NCBI RefSeq assembly: GCF_006345805.1
Contig: NC_043011.1
Location: 15,574,464 to 15,638,463, forward strand
Direction of reading: 5' to 3'
Length of the DNA stretch: 64,000 bases
DNA from: Octopus sinensis
Taxonomy: Eukaryota
Of the stretch, positions 53,490 through 64,000 are shown one piece after another. The notes under the pieces are model-generated. The model was not told where the DNA came from and ran no database searches. It worked only from the letters and a program-made list of their open reading frames with translations. The position numbers were made by a program, and so were the translations under genes. The number at the start of each line of letters is the position of its first letter. Within the stretch, counting starts at the first letter, position 1.

Positions 53490-53971
53490 GAGAAAAAGAA
53501 GAAGAAGAAGACGAAGAAGAAGAAGAAGAAGAAGAAGAAAAAGAAAAAGAAAAAGAAGAAGAAGAAAAAGTAGAAGAAGAAAAAGAAAATGGAGAAGAAG
53601 GAGCAGGAGAAGAATAGGAAGTGGAAGAAGGGGTAGAAGGGGATGAAACGGAAGAAGAAGAAAGAGAAGAAGAAGAAGAAGAGAAGAAGAAGAAGAAGAA
53701 GAAGAAAAAGAAAAGAAGAAGAAGTAGAATGGAAAGAGGAAGCAGAAGGGGAAGAAGTATGAGAAGGAGTGGAAGAAGAAGAAGGAGAAAAAGAAGAAGG
53801 GGAAGAGGAAGTAGAAGAAGAAGAAGAAGAAGTAGAAGAAAAAGAAAATGGAGAAGAAGGAGCAGGAGAAGAATAGGAAGTGGAAGAAGGGGTAGAAGGG
53901 GATGAAACGGAAGAAGAAGAAGGAGAAGGAGAAGAGAAGAAGAAAAGAAGAAGAAGAAGAAGAAGAAGAAG

Positions 53972-54003
<32 letters not shown>

Positions 54004-54270
54004 GAATGGAAAGAGGAAGCAGAAGGGGAAGAAGTATGAGAAGGAGTGGAAGAAGAAGAAGGGGAAGAGGAAGTAGTAGAAGTAGAAGAAGAAGAAGAAG
54101 GGGAAGAGGAAGCAGAAGAAGAAGAGGAAGAAGTATGAGGTTGAGTGGAAGAAGAAGAGAAGAGAAGAAATTGGAGGAAGAAGAACGGGAAGAAGGAGAG
54201 GTAGAAGAGGAGGAAAAAATAAGAAAAAACTAGAAGTAGAAGATGTGGAAGAAGTAATAGAAGATATAGG
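53490..54270. repeat. Purine-rich GAA-based low-complexity tract with internal block duplications
   Basis: The + strand is almost all A/G. GTAGAAGAAGAAAAAGAAAATGGAG...GGATGAAACGG and GTAGAATGGAAAGAGG...GGAGTGG each occur twice. Confidence 0.93.
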
Positions 54271-54329
54271 AGAAGAATTGGGCGTTATAGTATCAAGTCA
54301 ATTGAGATGTAGGATGTTTCTCAAACTGA

Positions 54330-54600
54330 TAGCAATGACGTTATCCTTTGGGGCATGCTGATTCACACGACCAGAAAGATAAAATCGAACGATTCTGCCA
54401 TCGTTATCAAGGACAAGTCGGGCAGGATGTGTGCACTTACGGATAGCGCAATGCCTTCAGAAAGAAACCTATTGAAATCCATAGAGAAGCTGGTAAATTA
54501 CAAAGATTTGGAGATGTTAAGCAACAGTATGCAGCATATGGAAGCCGAAATAACACCGACCAAAGAAAACGAAAATTTCACCGACTATATCCTGGGTAAC
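54330..54600 (+). pseudogene. R4/Dong-like RLE domain fragment
   Basis: IHTTRKIKSNDSAIVIKDK...MPSERN...EKLVNYKDLE parallels NTDRTIKANRPDIIVKD...KLSKYKELE at 47391-47969. Confidence 0.7.
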
Positions 54601-54619
54601 AAATTATGATTATTATGCA

Positions 54620-56270
54620 GTTCTGAAGACTGTACTACTTTGATCAATTGACATATTACGTTTGTTTTTTTGTTCTGATGTATTTCAGAATTTCATTCAC
54701 ATTTTTCGTTTCTTGGTTCAATGTCCACCGATCAACCCTTTTAAGGTTGCAAATAATGCCGATATCGTTCTGGTGCAGCCTTGTCTAAATTCTGTCATAG
54801 ATTGCCTTTTGCCCATCTGTCATGTCACCATTAGTTTTATTGTCTCCTTCCAGACCATCTATGTCTCTCATCGAGCAAGCTATCACTGTTCCTTTCCTGT
54901 GGCTTATTAGAGATTTCTCCTCTGGTTTCAGCGCTATGAGATTACTTTTATCATTAGGAACTGTAATTTTATCGTTTCCTCTGCTGCTGTTTTCCGATAC
55001 CCGTCTTTTGATAGCTTTGAGCTCTATTTCTGTGAACCAATGACTTGTTCTTATTGCTGTAGCTTGATCACATAATCTCTGTTCCGTGAGTTGAAACAAT
55101 CCACTTCCTTTCTATTGACCATACATACGTTGTAGGTATTCCCTAATATAAACAGCATTTTCGTCTACCGGTAGTAACACTCTATGACCACGGCATTGAC
55201 TTGTTTGCTCCATCTACGCCGTGTGTAGTGGTCCATTGCTGGATAACGACAGGCTGGAGTCAGACCAGTATCTCCGAGCCTGCCGGATGCAACACTGTCT
55301 CCATGAAGTTCTTCAGTTTCATTACCACCGTTATTCACAATATTTTGTTTTTTCATTGCCACTCATATGAGGTAACGATTATCAGGTTGCACAATTACCA
55401 GTGCTTTTATTGTGAGACCATCACTAGATATATCATCAATCAGAGCATAAGGAGATCCAATCGCATCCTTTCATTCTCATTACTATCATCACTGATATCA
55501 TTCTCATTTTTTTACTGTTTGTCATTGTTGATAATTCCTGTAATCCAACATGAGTTTTGGCTAAGTATCATTAACACTTTTGTGTCAGTATTAGGCTCCG
55601 GTGTTTCTCTATTAGCGTTGACAATTTAATAGAGCACCGCTTCTATAATTATAAACAAATAAATTTAGTCAAACAAGACAACGAAACAAACAAAAAACTA
55701 ATATCCACCCCTATTTTATCCGTGGGTGAGATATATATATATATGTATATCTGTTTAATGCTTTAGTGATCGATATCACTACTCTTTGTCATTATTTTCA
55801 TTCGTTTATGTGTGCGCGCGCGCGAGTGTATGTGTGTGTGCGCGCTTGTTTATGCATTACTTAATGTTCTTTTGAAATATTAAAATGTGCTCTTGTAAAA
55901 CTGAGGTGTATACGTAATTAATTAGTTTACGTACTTGCGTGTTTCTAACGTGTGCTTAATCGGATAAAGTCCAATATCTACATACTCGGCTATAGTCCAA
56001 CACTTTTAATGAGTATTACTTACTCGGGTGTAGTCCAGTGCTTTGTCAGTGTGGCGAGCGTGTTTACACGTGTTTTGTGAGTGACGGAGGTAACACACAG
56101 TTAAAATACATCGTTTCATTCAGAAAGCAGAGAGAAATTTTAATGAGTATCACTCGGATATAGTTCATCAGTATGTCATTTATTTTAGGCTTCTCTTGTC
56201 TTTATTCCCGATGTTTTTTGATAGATTTCAGATCACATGTCTCCAGTGTTCTCTTTTAAACGTCCCCGGT
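54620..56270 (-). mobile_element. 5' part of an R4/Dong-like element (5' UTR plus N-terminal domain)
   Basis: RRRWSKQVNAVVIECYYR and FQLTEQRLCDQATAIRTSHWFTEIELKAIKR are typical R4-clade N-terminal motifs. 55810-55930 resembles 51290-51390. The 56270 boundary is approximate. Confidence 0.7.
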
Positions 56271-57740
56271 GTTCTCGTGGCAGACAAAACTGTACTTAGA
56301 GACTGCAGGAGGAGAAAAACTAACTTAGCCGTGCCATGGATCGATTATCGTAAGGCGATTCTTGGATTATGGAATGCATGAACCTATTTCGTATTGCATC
56401 GAATGTTGAGCGATTGCTTGGAAAAAGTATGCTGAAGTGAAAGAGGGAACTGACAGCATATGGAAAAATTGATGGAGAAATAAATGACAGAAAAATTGAA
56501 GGTGGAGTACTTGCGCAGATTGATACTGTTCCTTAAGTCGAAATTAAACGGACGGAATATGATTGACGTTACCAACAGCTGGGTGGTTTCACTTCTTAGA
56601 TATTGATCAGGGGTAATCGCAGGGACAGTCGACGAACTAAACAGCTTAGACTGAAAGACAAGCAAGTTACTGACTAGACTTGGGATACTCCACCCAAAAA
56701 TGGGACATAGACAGACTGTATGTTCCAAGAAAAAGAGGGGGAAGAGGACTGATTGGATGCGAACACATCATTAGAACAGAAAAAAATGGAATATGATAAG
56801 TAAAAAAATGCCACAGAACCGCTACTGTTGGAAGTAAGAAGGCAGGCTTCTGTGGGATGGAAGATTGCAAAGACAAAGCACTGTACAAGCACTTGATAAT
56901 AAATGAAACTGAAAATAGGTGGATAAAGAAAAGAATGCATGGACAATTTCATAGGGATGTTGAAGATAAGAAAGACAGAGTAAAAATGGCTATGGATCGG
57001 AAACGGAGACTGTAATATGTGCTACCCAAGAGCAAGCATTAAGAACCAATTACATCAAATACGGAATAGACAATACATCAGAAAGTGAAATGTGCAGAAT
57101 TTATGGACAAAATGGTGAAACTTTATGGCATATTACCTGTCCATGTACACCACTAACCAACGCAGAAAGTATATAACAGATGTCATGACAACATAACAAA
57201 GCTTGCCCATTGGACACTTTGCAACAATTATGGACTTGGCAGAGCAAAAAATGGGTACGAATATAACCTCGAAGGCATTCTCGAAAGTGATAATGCAAAG
57301 ACCCTATGGGTTTTTATGATTCAGTGCGACCATGAGATAGAGAATAGGAAACGAGACGTAGTGTTAATTGAGAAAGAATTCAAACGATGCTGGATCATAG
57401 ATATAACATGCACAGCTGACAAGTTATGCGATAAGGAAGAAAGAAAAGGTGATAAATATGACAGGTTAGTTTGGGAGATTAAGCAGTGTTGGTCGCTGAA
57501 AATTGAGGTAGTAATACCAATAATTGTCGGAGTCCTGGGAACAGTGAGTAGAAATCTTGAGAGGTGCATGGAACAAATAGGGCTTCAATAAGGGTGGATT
57601 ACTTGCAGAAAACAGCGCTTCTTGGAACCCCTCGAATACTCCGGAAGGTGCTCGAAAAATAAGAGGTGTTACCTAAGTTCACTGGTAGTGAACAGCTGAC
57701 ACCGTGGTACAAACTCCAGCGTTGGAAGCTGCGCAAAGAC
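56270..57740 (+). mobile_element. 3' part of an R4/Dong-like element, internally deleted, ending in (AAT)n
   Basis: NLAVPWIDYRKA, LYVPRKRGGRGL, ATQEQALRTNY, CRIYG..GETLWHITC, KRDVVLIEK...IIDI and PIIVGVLG occur in order, followed by a 3' UTR and C|AATAAT. Confidence 0.85.
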
Positions 57741-57841
57741 AATAATAATAATGATAATAATAATAATAATAATAATAATGATAATAATAATATTAATGAT
57801 AATACTGATGATGATGATAATGATGATAATAATAATAATAA

Positions 57842-57897
<56 letters not shown>

Positions 57898-58005
57898 ATA
57901 ATAACAATAACAATAATAATAATAATAATAATAATAATAATTTCAATGATAATGCTGTTGCTGCTGCTGCTGCTGGTCCTCCTCCTCCTCCTCCTCCTGC
58001 TACTA
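57741..58005. repeat. Compound trinucleotide array (AAT/GAT/AGT/AAC/GCT/CCT)
   Basis: Directly visible. Confidence 0.95.
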
Positions 58006-58802
58006 CTTGCCTATTCTCTCATATGTATGTTTTCTATATGCGGGAAATATTGTAATTAACATTCGATTATGAAAAAGTAGGATAATTACATTGTCACGCA
58101 AGTTATCACACGAGGCCATAATAATACTGATATTATTCTTGAAAATGAATCAAATATATATCTATCAGAAAAGAAAGCAAAAAAAAAATAAATAAAAAAT
58201 AAAAAAGCGTAATGAATCAACCTTTATACCAGTTCTATTCAATGATTTCGGAAGTAAGTCATTGAGAAATAGACGGACCAGCGAAGTAAATGGAAATGAT
58301 ATTAAAGAATCCGTAGGGACTGTGGTGTAGTGCTTTGATATTAGAGAATCACAGCATGCAATATCGAAAAAAAAAAACACGATCTACTTTATATATTTCT
58401 CTGTCTCAGTATTATCTTCTCCCTGTCACCCCTATAGGAACGCACAATCTTGCACACTGAAAACCATTCCCTAAAGCTAGCAGCCGTCTTTATTACTCTC
58501 CTCTCTATTTCTGTCATACACTCGCATTCTTCTTTTACTCGTTTGTATTGCGACTAATGAAAGCAAGTATTATGTTTCGTTCAAACATCATTTAAGGAGT
58601 CGACTGCTCCAGCATGACCACAGTCCAGTGACTGAAACTAGTAAATGGGTAAAGGGAATTATAATAATGTTGACTGCGAATAGAATTTGTAACAATAGAA
58701 ACAACGAATCTCATAGTAAGTGATATTCTAATACGTAAGATGACAAATATATGTATGTGTAAACACGCACACACACTCACACTCACACGAACATACATAC
58801 AT

Positions 58803-59352
58803 GTTGGCTGCCCCATCGTTATCGAGTATGGCCATTGCACGAAGATTAATCAATGTTATCCTCGTGCAATGCCTGTGCAAGAATATTTTTTTAAAGTGAG
58901 GAAAGGCTGTGCACTGAGTCAATCCCACTCACTAAGCAACAGCAGCCATAATCCAAAAAGAAGAACAAGTCAACATCATCGGTAACCATGGATACGCAGG
59001 TTTTATGTTGGAGTTATCCCAGTTACCTGAGTTACCTTCTCCTAGAAGGATGCCCTAACAAAGTCTAGGAATCCTTCACTTCCAATGGTATAACCGCGTA
59101 ATCGGGTAATCAGTCCGATTATATCTATGTCCCCGCGCATGATACATCCTTAAGACATTTATTGGATGGCCGTTGACTCTCAAGAGTTCCTCCGCCCTTT
59201 GACGGGTTTTGTTTTTCATCCCGCAGGGTGTCCAATAAACACCCTCCTCACCAAGCAAGCTTGGTGGGGATGCCGGTTTAGTCGCCGACGACCCGACCAT
59301 GCAACAGGTTGTACTGGGTTACATGTTACCAGTAGCACTCGAAAGTGATCTG
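58803..59352 (-). mobile_element. Second copy of the (TATG)n-flanked 550-bp element
   Basis: Reverse-complement homolog of 41094-41640 along its full length, with CATA repeats at both ends. Confidence 0.85.
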
Positions 59353-59584
59353 ACATAACATACATACATACATACATACATACATACATACATACATACA
59401 TACATACATACATACATGCATACATACATGCATACACGTACATAAAACATCTATACATAAATAAAAGATAGTATCATCGACAGCAGACGTGCAGGCGTTG
59501 TAGCACTTTTAATTATAACTTCGAGAACCTTTTTTGTTACTTTTATGCCTATTTCATCTGTTACAAATAAGGGAACCACGTTTT

Positions 59585-59899
59585 GGAGCCGCAATGGCCC
59601 AGTGGTTAGGGATCCCTGCTTACTGTCGGAGGATCCCGGTTTCGATTCCCAGACCGGGCTTTGTGTGTGTTTATTGAGCGAAAACACCTCAAAGCTCCAC
59701 GAAACTCCGGCGGAGGGTGGTGACGATACCTATTGTACTCTTTTGCCCCAAATTTCTCTCACTCTTTCTTCCGGTTTCTTGAGTAACGCTGCGACGGACT
59801 GGCGTCTCGTCCAGTTGGGGGAAACACATACGCCATAGAAACCGGAAAACCGGGCCCATTAGCCTGGCTAGGCTTGAAAAAGGGCGAAAGAAAGAATAG
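59585..59899 (+). mobile_element. SINE family C-related, with 9-bp TSD
   Basis: A-box TGGCCCAGTGG and B-box TTTCGATTCC. TSD CCACGTTTT at 59576-59584 and 59900-59908. Confidence 0.85.
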
Positions 59900-60460
59900 C
59901 CACGTTTTCCTAACCAAGAAAATATATCTTACTTTAAGGCGGAATTTCAATTTCATGACCATAGCTGATAACAATAGCATAACCATATTGTTATATTTCG
60001 GGATTACTCTTAAAGAACACTGAAGATGAAATCTGATGTGCACAGATAATGAAATTAATAAACGTAAGCTACTCAGCAGCAAAATAAAACCTGAAGAAAA
60101 TAAGAAAAATAAAATCTGCTCTACCACATATCGGGGTCTATAAAATAAGTACCAGTTGATCACAGCGGTCGATGTAATCAAAATAGTTGGCCTTGAGGCA
60201 AAATATTGAAACTAATATTCGTTACAATAGTGTCTGTCTCAAATATCGGTTATGTGTATACATCTGTTACTCAGGCACTCAACTATGATTCCACTGCATC
60301 TTATAGCAATACATTTATCCCTTTGTCATGTCATTTTCGTATTACCACTCTCTACTTAACGTAGCTTACGCTTTGTTCTGAAGCCTGTGTATATTCAGTT
60401 TTACACCATCTTATAAGAATCAGAATCTCTAAACGAAGTATTAAAATGTAATATATGTAA

Positions 60461-60507
<47 letters not shown>

Positions 60508-60639
60508 GGCGCACATGGTTCTGGGTTCAGTCTCACTGCGTGGCACCTTGAGCAAGTGTCTTCTACTATAGCCTAGAGCCGACCAAAACCTTTTGAGAGG
60601 ATTTGGTAGACGGAAACGGAAAGAAGCCCGTCGTATATA

Positions 60640-62231
60640 CAGTTCATAATGTTCAGAACGGCATTTTTTTCGTCAGAAAAGTAGATATAAGTTTTTATCA
60701 AAGTTGTTTTATATTTTATAATTTTCACAATAAATACTATATTAATTGTTATTGTCTGAGATTTTGGTGTAATTTGAGAGGATAATGAAAAAGTTATGGA
60801 TGATTTAGTGATTTACTGCAAAACCCATGGCGGCCAAAATGATCAGAACGGTTGCTTTTACTCCATGTTTTAGTATATTTAACCGTCGAACTCTAATGTT
60901 TTGAATTTGTTTACGTGACAGTTCGTTTACTAAACATTAGTAAGAGTATCTACAGTGTACTTTGTTAATATAATGCCACTTACTCCGTTACCAATTCGTC
61001 AGCAGATTATTAAGCTTCGAAAGAAGGATAATTTATATTAGGTCTATTGCAAAGATTGTTAACAAGTCAAAAAGTGTTCACAGTATTCTTAAGGTCTACG
61101 ATGATTGTGGTTCGTGTGAAGCAAGAAAGTCTACAGGTAGGCCAAGAAAAACGACCAATAGAGAAGATCGTGCTATGGTAAAGTTGGTTAAAAAGGACAG
61201 ATTAAAACTGCTGCTCCTGTTTTTCGGTAAATGAGCATCGTACTGAAAACTTTATCTCGAAAAATTGTGTCTCGTCCTTTAGTTGAACATGACCTACAAG
61301 CAAGAGCACCTGCAGTGAAGCCACTGATCAGCTCCAAGAATAAAAAGTGTCGTCTTACATTTGCAACCGAACATGTGTTGTGGTCTCAAGAAAGATGGCA
61401 AACGGTGCATTTCAGTGATGAATCTAAGTCTATGTTATTTTGCTCAGATGGGAAAAGCAGGTGAAAAATTGTCACCTAAATGCCTTAAGACTAGTGTTAA
61501 ATTCGGTGGAGGAAGTGTCATGGTTTGGGGGATGATATCTGGAGATGTTGTGGGCCCTTTGCTGCGATTACATGGAAAGGTAAATGCAGGAGTTTATAAA
61601 CAACTTGTAAAAGATCATGTCTTGCCTGTGCTGAGAAATTCAACTAAGCGACCACCCATATTCATGCAAGATAATGGCCCATGTCACAAGGCTAAGGTGG
61701 TCATGAACTTCCTCAAGACTGAAAAGGTTGTTGTTATGGATTGGCCTGCTCAAAGCCCAGACCTCAATCCTATTGAAAATGTGTGGAATATTCTAGGAGA
61801 ACGTTTGAAAGCCAGAAATCCTAAAACAACCGAGCAATTATGGAATGCCCTTCAGGAAGAGTGGAATAAGATCACCCAGCAAAAAATTGAAAATTTAATT
61901 TCCCCATGCAGTCGAAAATGTCAAAATTTGATTGAAGCTAAAGGGCTTCACACTAAATATGAAATAATTCCAGCATTCTCTGTCACTTTTTGATTATTTT
62001 GTTATTTATTCAACCGTTCTGATCATTTTGACCACCATGAGTTTTGCAGTAAATCACTATATCATCCATAACTTTTGTATTATCCACTCAAATTACACCA
62101 AAATCTCTGACAATACCAATTAATATCTTATTTATTGTCTGTGAAAATTATAGAATATAAAACAACTTTAATAAAAACTTATATCTACTTTTCCGACAAA
62201 AACAATGCCGTTCTGAACATTTTGGCCGCAA

Positions 62232-62234
<3 letters not shown>
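60640..62234 (+). mobile_element. Full-length Tc1-family DNA transposon, IR/DR type (1595 bp)
   Basis: TIRs of about 215 bp (60640-60853 and 62012-62234) with CAGTT...AACTG termini and TA flanks. Each TIR has outer and inner AAAATG(T/A)TCAGAACGG direct repeats. Confidence 0.95.
60973..61993 (+). pseudogene. Tc1 DD34E transposase, frameshifted
   Basis: MPLTPLPIRQQIIKLR, GRPRKTT, FSDESK, VKFGGGSVMVWG and FMQDN...(34 aa)...WPAQSPDLNPIENVW. Several frameshifts and a small deletion near 61460. Confidence 0.93.
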
Positions 62235-62293
<59 letters not shown>

Positions 62294-63244
62294 ATATATG
62301 TGTGTGTGTGTGCGTGTGTTTGTGTGTCTGTGTTTGTTCCCCAACATCGCTTGACAACCGATGCTGGTGTGTTTACGTCCCGGTAACTTAGCGGTTCGGC
62401 AAAAGAGAACGATATAATAAATACTAGCCTCACAAAGAATAAGTCTTGGGGTCGATTTGCTCGACTAATGCCGGTGCTCCACGATGGCCACAGTCAAATG
62501 ATTGAAACAAATAAAAGAATAAACGAATACATATATAAACATTCAGTATTATACCCCTTTACAGCAAAGCAACGTGTGAGCTAACTATCAAGTTATTTTA
62601 CTTTCACATCAACAGCATTGTTCCGATTGATTGTGCAGATCATGAAGCGAGTACACTTCTACTTCTGCCTGAAACTTAATAAAGCTTTCACTCATGAAAA
62701 ACATGCACAATGTGAGAAAATGAATGACGATTAGCTCCTGCATTTTAATCACAATTCAATAGTTATTCGAATAAAATTGCCGCCGGCTAACCAAAAATCT
62801 ATCGTCACAGCATGTTTGTCTTCTGATAATTAATTGTTTCCTGTTAACATTAATTACTGTCTTGTTAACTTCCGAATCTTACATCATATAAGTTTTCATC
62901 CTCTATCGAAAAAAAAGTTTGTATATCAGATTTAACGTAAATTTTAATGGTGAAACCAAGTGAATAAAATGTAATATATTAATTGCTTGAATGAATGTGT
63001 CACGAGGTAACAGCAGATTCAATATGGAACGCAATATTGAGGAATAGCTATACAGTAAGATAATGTAATATCATGGGTCAGCTAAAGCAGATCTTTGCCA
63101 CTACACTATCTGGGGAATTAAAGCGGACAAACTGGTTTATTGTGTAAATAATTTTGTGTATATCATGTGGGCATACTGTTCTAGGATACAGGATCTAAGT
63201 CAAAGTTGATATTGAATCTACAAAGAGAAATTTGTCGAAAAAAT

Positions 63245-63653
63245 CCGACTTATATTGAAAATGAACATTAGTGAACATTAGTGAACAAGAGTGGCAAACT
63301 CAGTGTGGCAGATTACACTGCTGTTTTTGCCATTCATATTCCGACTTATATTTAAAAATCAACACTAGTGAACATTAGTGAACAGTAGAGAACAAGAATA
63401 GTAAACTCAGTGTGGCAAATTACACTGCTGTTTCTACAATGCATATTCCGACTTATATTGAAAAATGAACGCTAGTGAACATTAGTGAACATTAGTGAAC
63501 AAGAGTGGCAAACTCAGTGTGGCATATTACACTGCTGTTTTTGCCATGCATATTCCGACTTATATTGAAAATGAACACTAGTGAACATTAGTGAACAAGA
63601 ATGGCAAACTCAGTGTGGCAAATTCCACTGCTGTTTTTGCCATGCATATTCCG
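63245..63653. repeat. Minisatellite, 4 units (96, 107, 107, 96 bp), each with an internal hairpin
   Basis: Units start with CCGACTTATATT at 63245, 63341, 63448 and 63555. Length varies with ATTAGTGAAC-type sub-repeats. Confidence 0.95.
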
Positions 63654-64000
63654 TATCGGATACGTAACATGTTCAATACAGATGCCGGAAAATGTATTCC
63701 CATAGGATTTCTTTGTTTACACTTGATACCTAGTGTAAACAACATTGCAGTTCGATTATGATATCAGACTTAAGTAATGATGACTGTGCTTCCTCTTACA
63801 CTACAGAAAATAATGAAAGCACCACTGTCCAGAAGGGGCTTTTACAGTCGGCTATTGCACAGCTTTTGCTGTGGTAAAAAGGAACCAACAATTTCTGACA
63901 TTTTTAGCGCGATTAATTTAAAGGTAAATCCCACGTGGCTCTGAGACTGCCAGCTATCTTCAAAATACGATTGAAGCTAATTTCTTTTCACTTATACTGC

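Larger units (their letters stand above)
60506..62520 (+). mobile_element. SINE family A split by Tc1 (head 60506-60637, remainder 62235-62520)
   Basis: The head ends AAGAAGCCCGTCGTATATA. After the Tc1 come (TA)n(TG)n and the standard tail. Confidence 0.9.

Noticed and set aside
53446-54233. Arg-rich (protamine-like) and Glu-rich ORFs
   Set aside because: They are products of a GAA-based purine tract and are open in several frames.
63245-63653. CRISPR-like array
   Set aside because: The units are homologous along their whole length with no unique spacers, the context is eukaryotic, and there are no cas genes.

Overview
This is AT-rich eukaryotic DNA that is dense in repeats. The tRNA-derived SINE families and the microsatellite load look like an octopus (cephalopod) genome; that assignment is inference from repeat recognition. 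I find no supportable host protein-coding gene. Almost every ORF in the track is microsatellite read-through or a transposon remnant. The window contains at least four tRNA-headed SINE families, about six pieces of R4/Dong-like RLE non-LTR retrotransposons (one near full length, 47143-51455, embedded in (TAA)n), Penelope-like elements, a CR1 fragment and a full-length IR/DR Tc1 (60640-62234). It also has Helitron-like and Merlin-like non-autonomous elements and decayed pogo, MULE and Chapaev3-like transposases that the ORF track misses. The most interesting structure is 34081-35533: a head-to-head dimer of a tRNA-headed SINE whose 3' tail carries a minimal hammerhead-ribozyme motif. The whole palindrome is bracketed by one exact 13-bp direct repeat, which suggests it inserted as a single unit using Penelope-like machinery. 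A second theme is nesting. SINEs carry microsatellites, and these act as landing sites for Tc1, Penelope, Helitron-like and TAA- or TATG-associated retroelements. All alignments and translations were done by eye.
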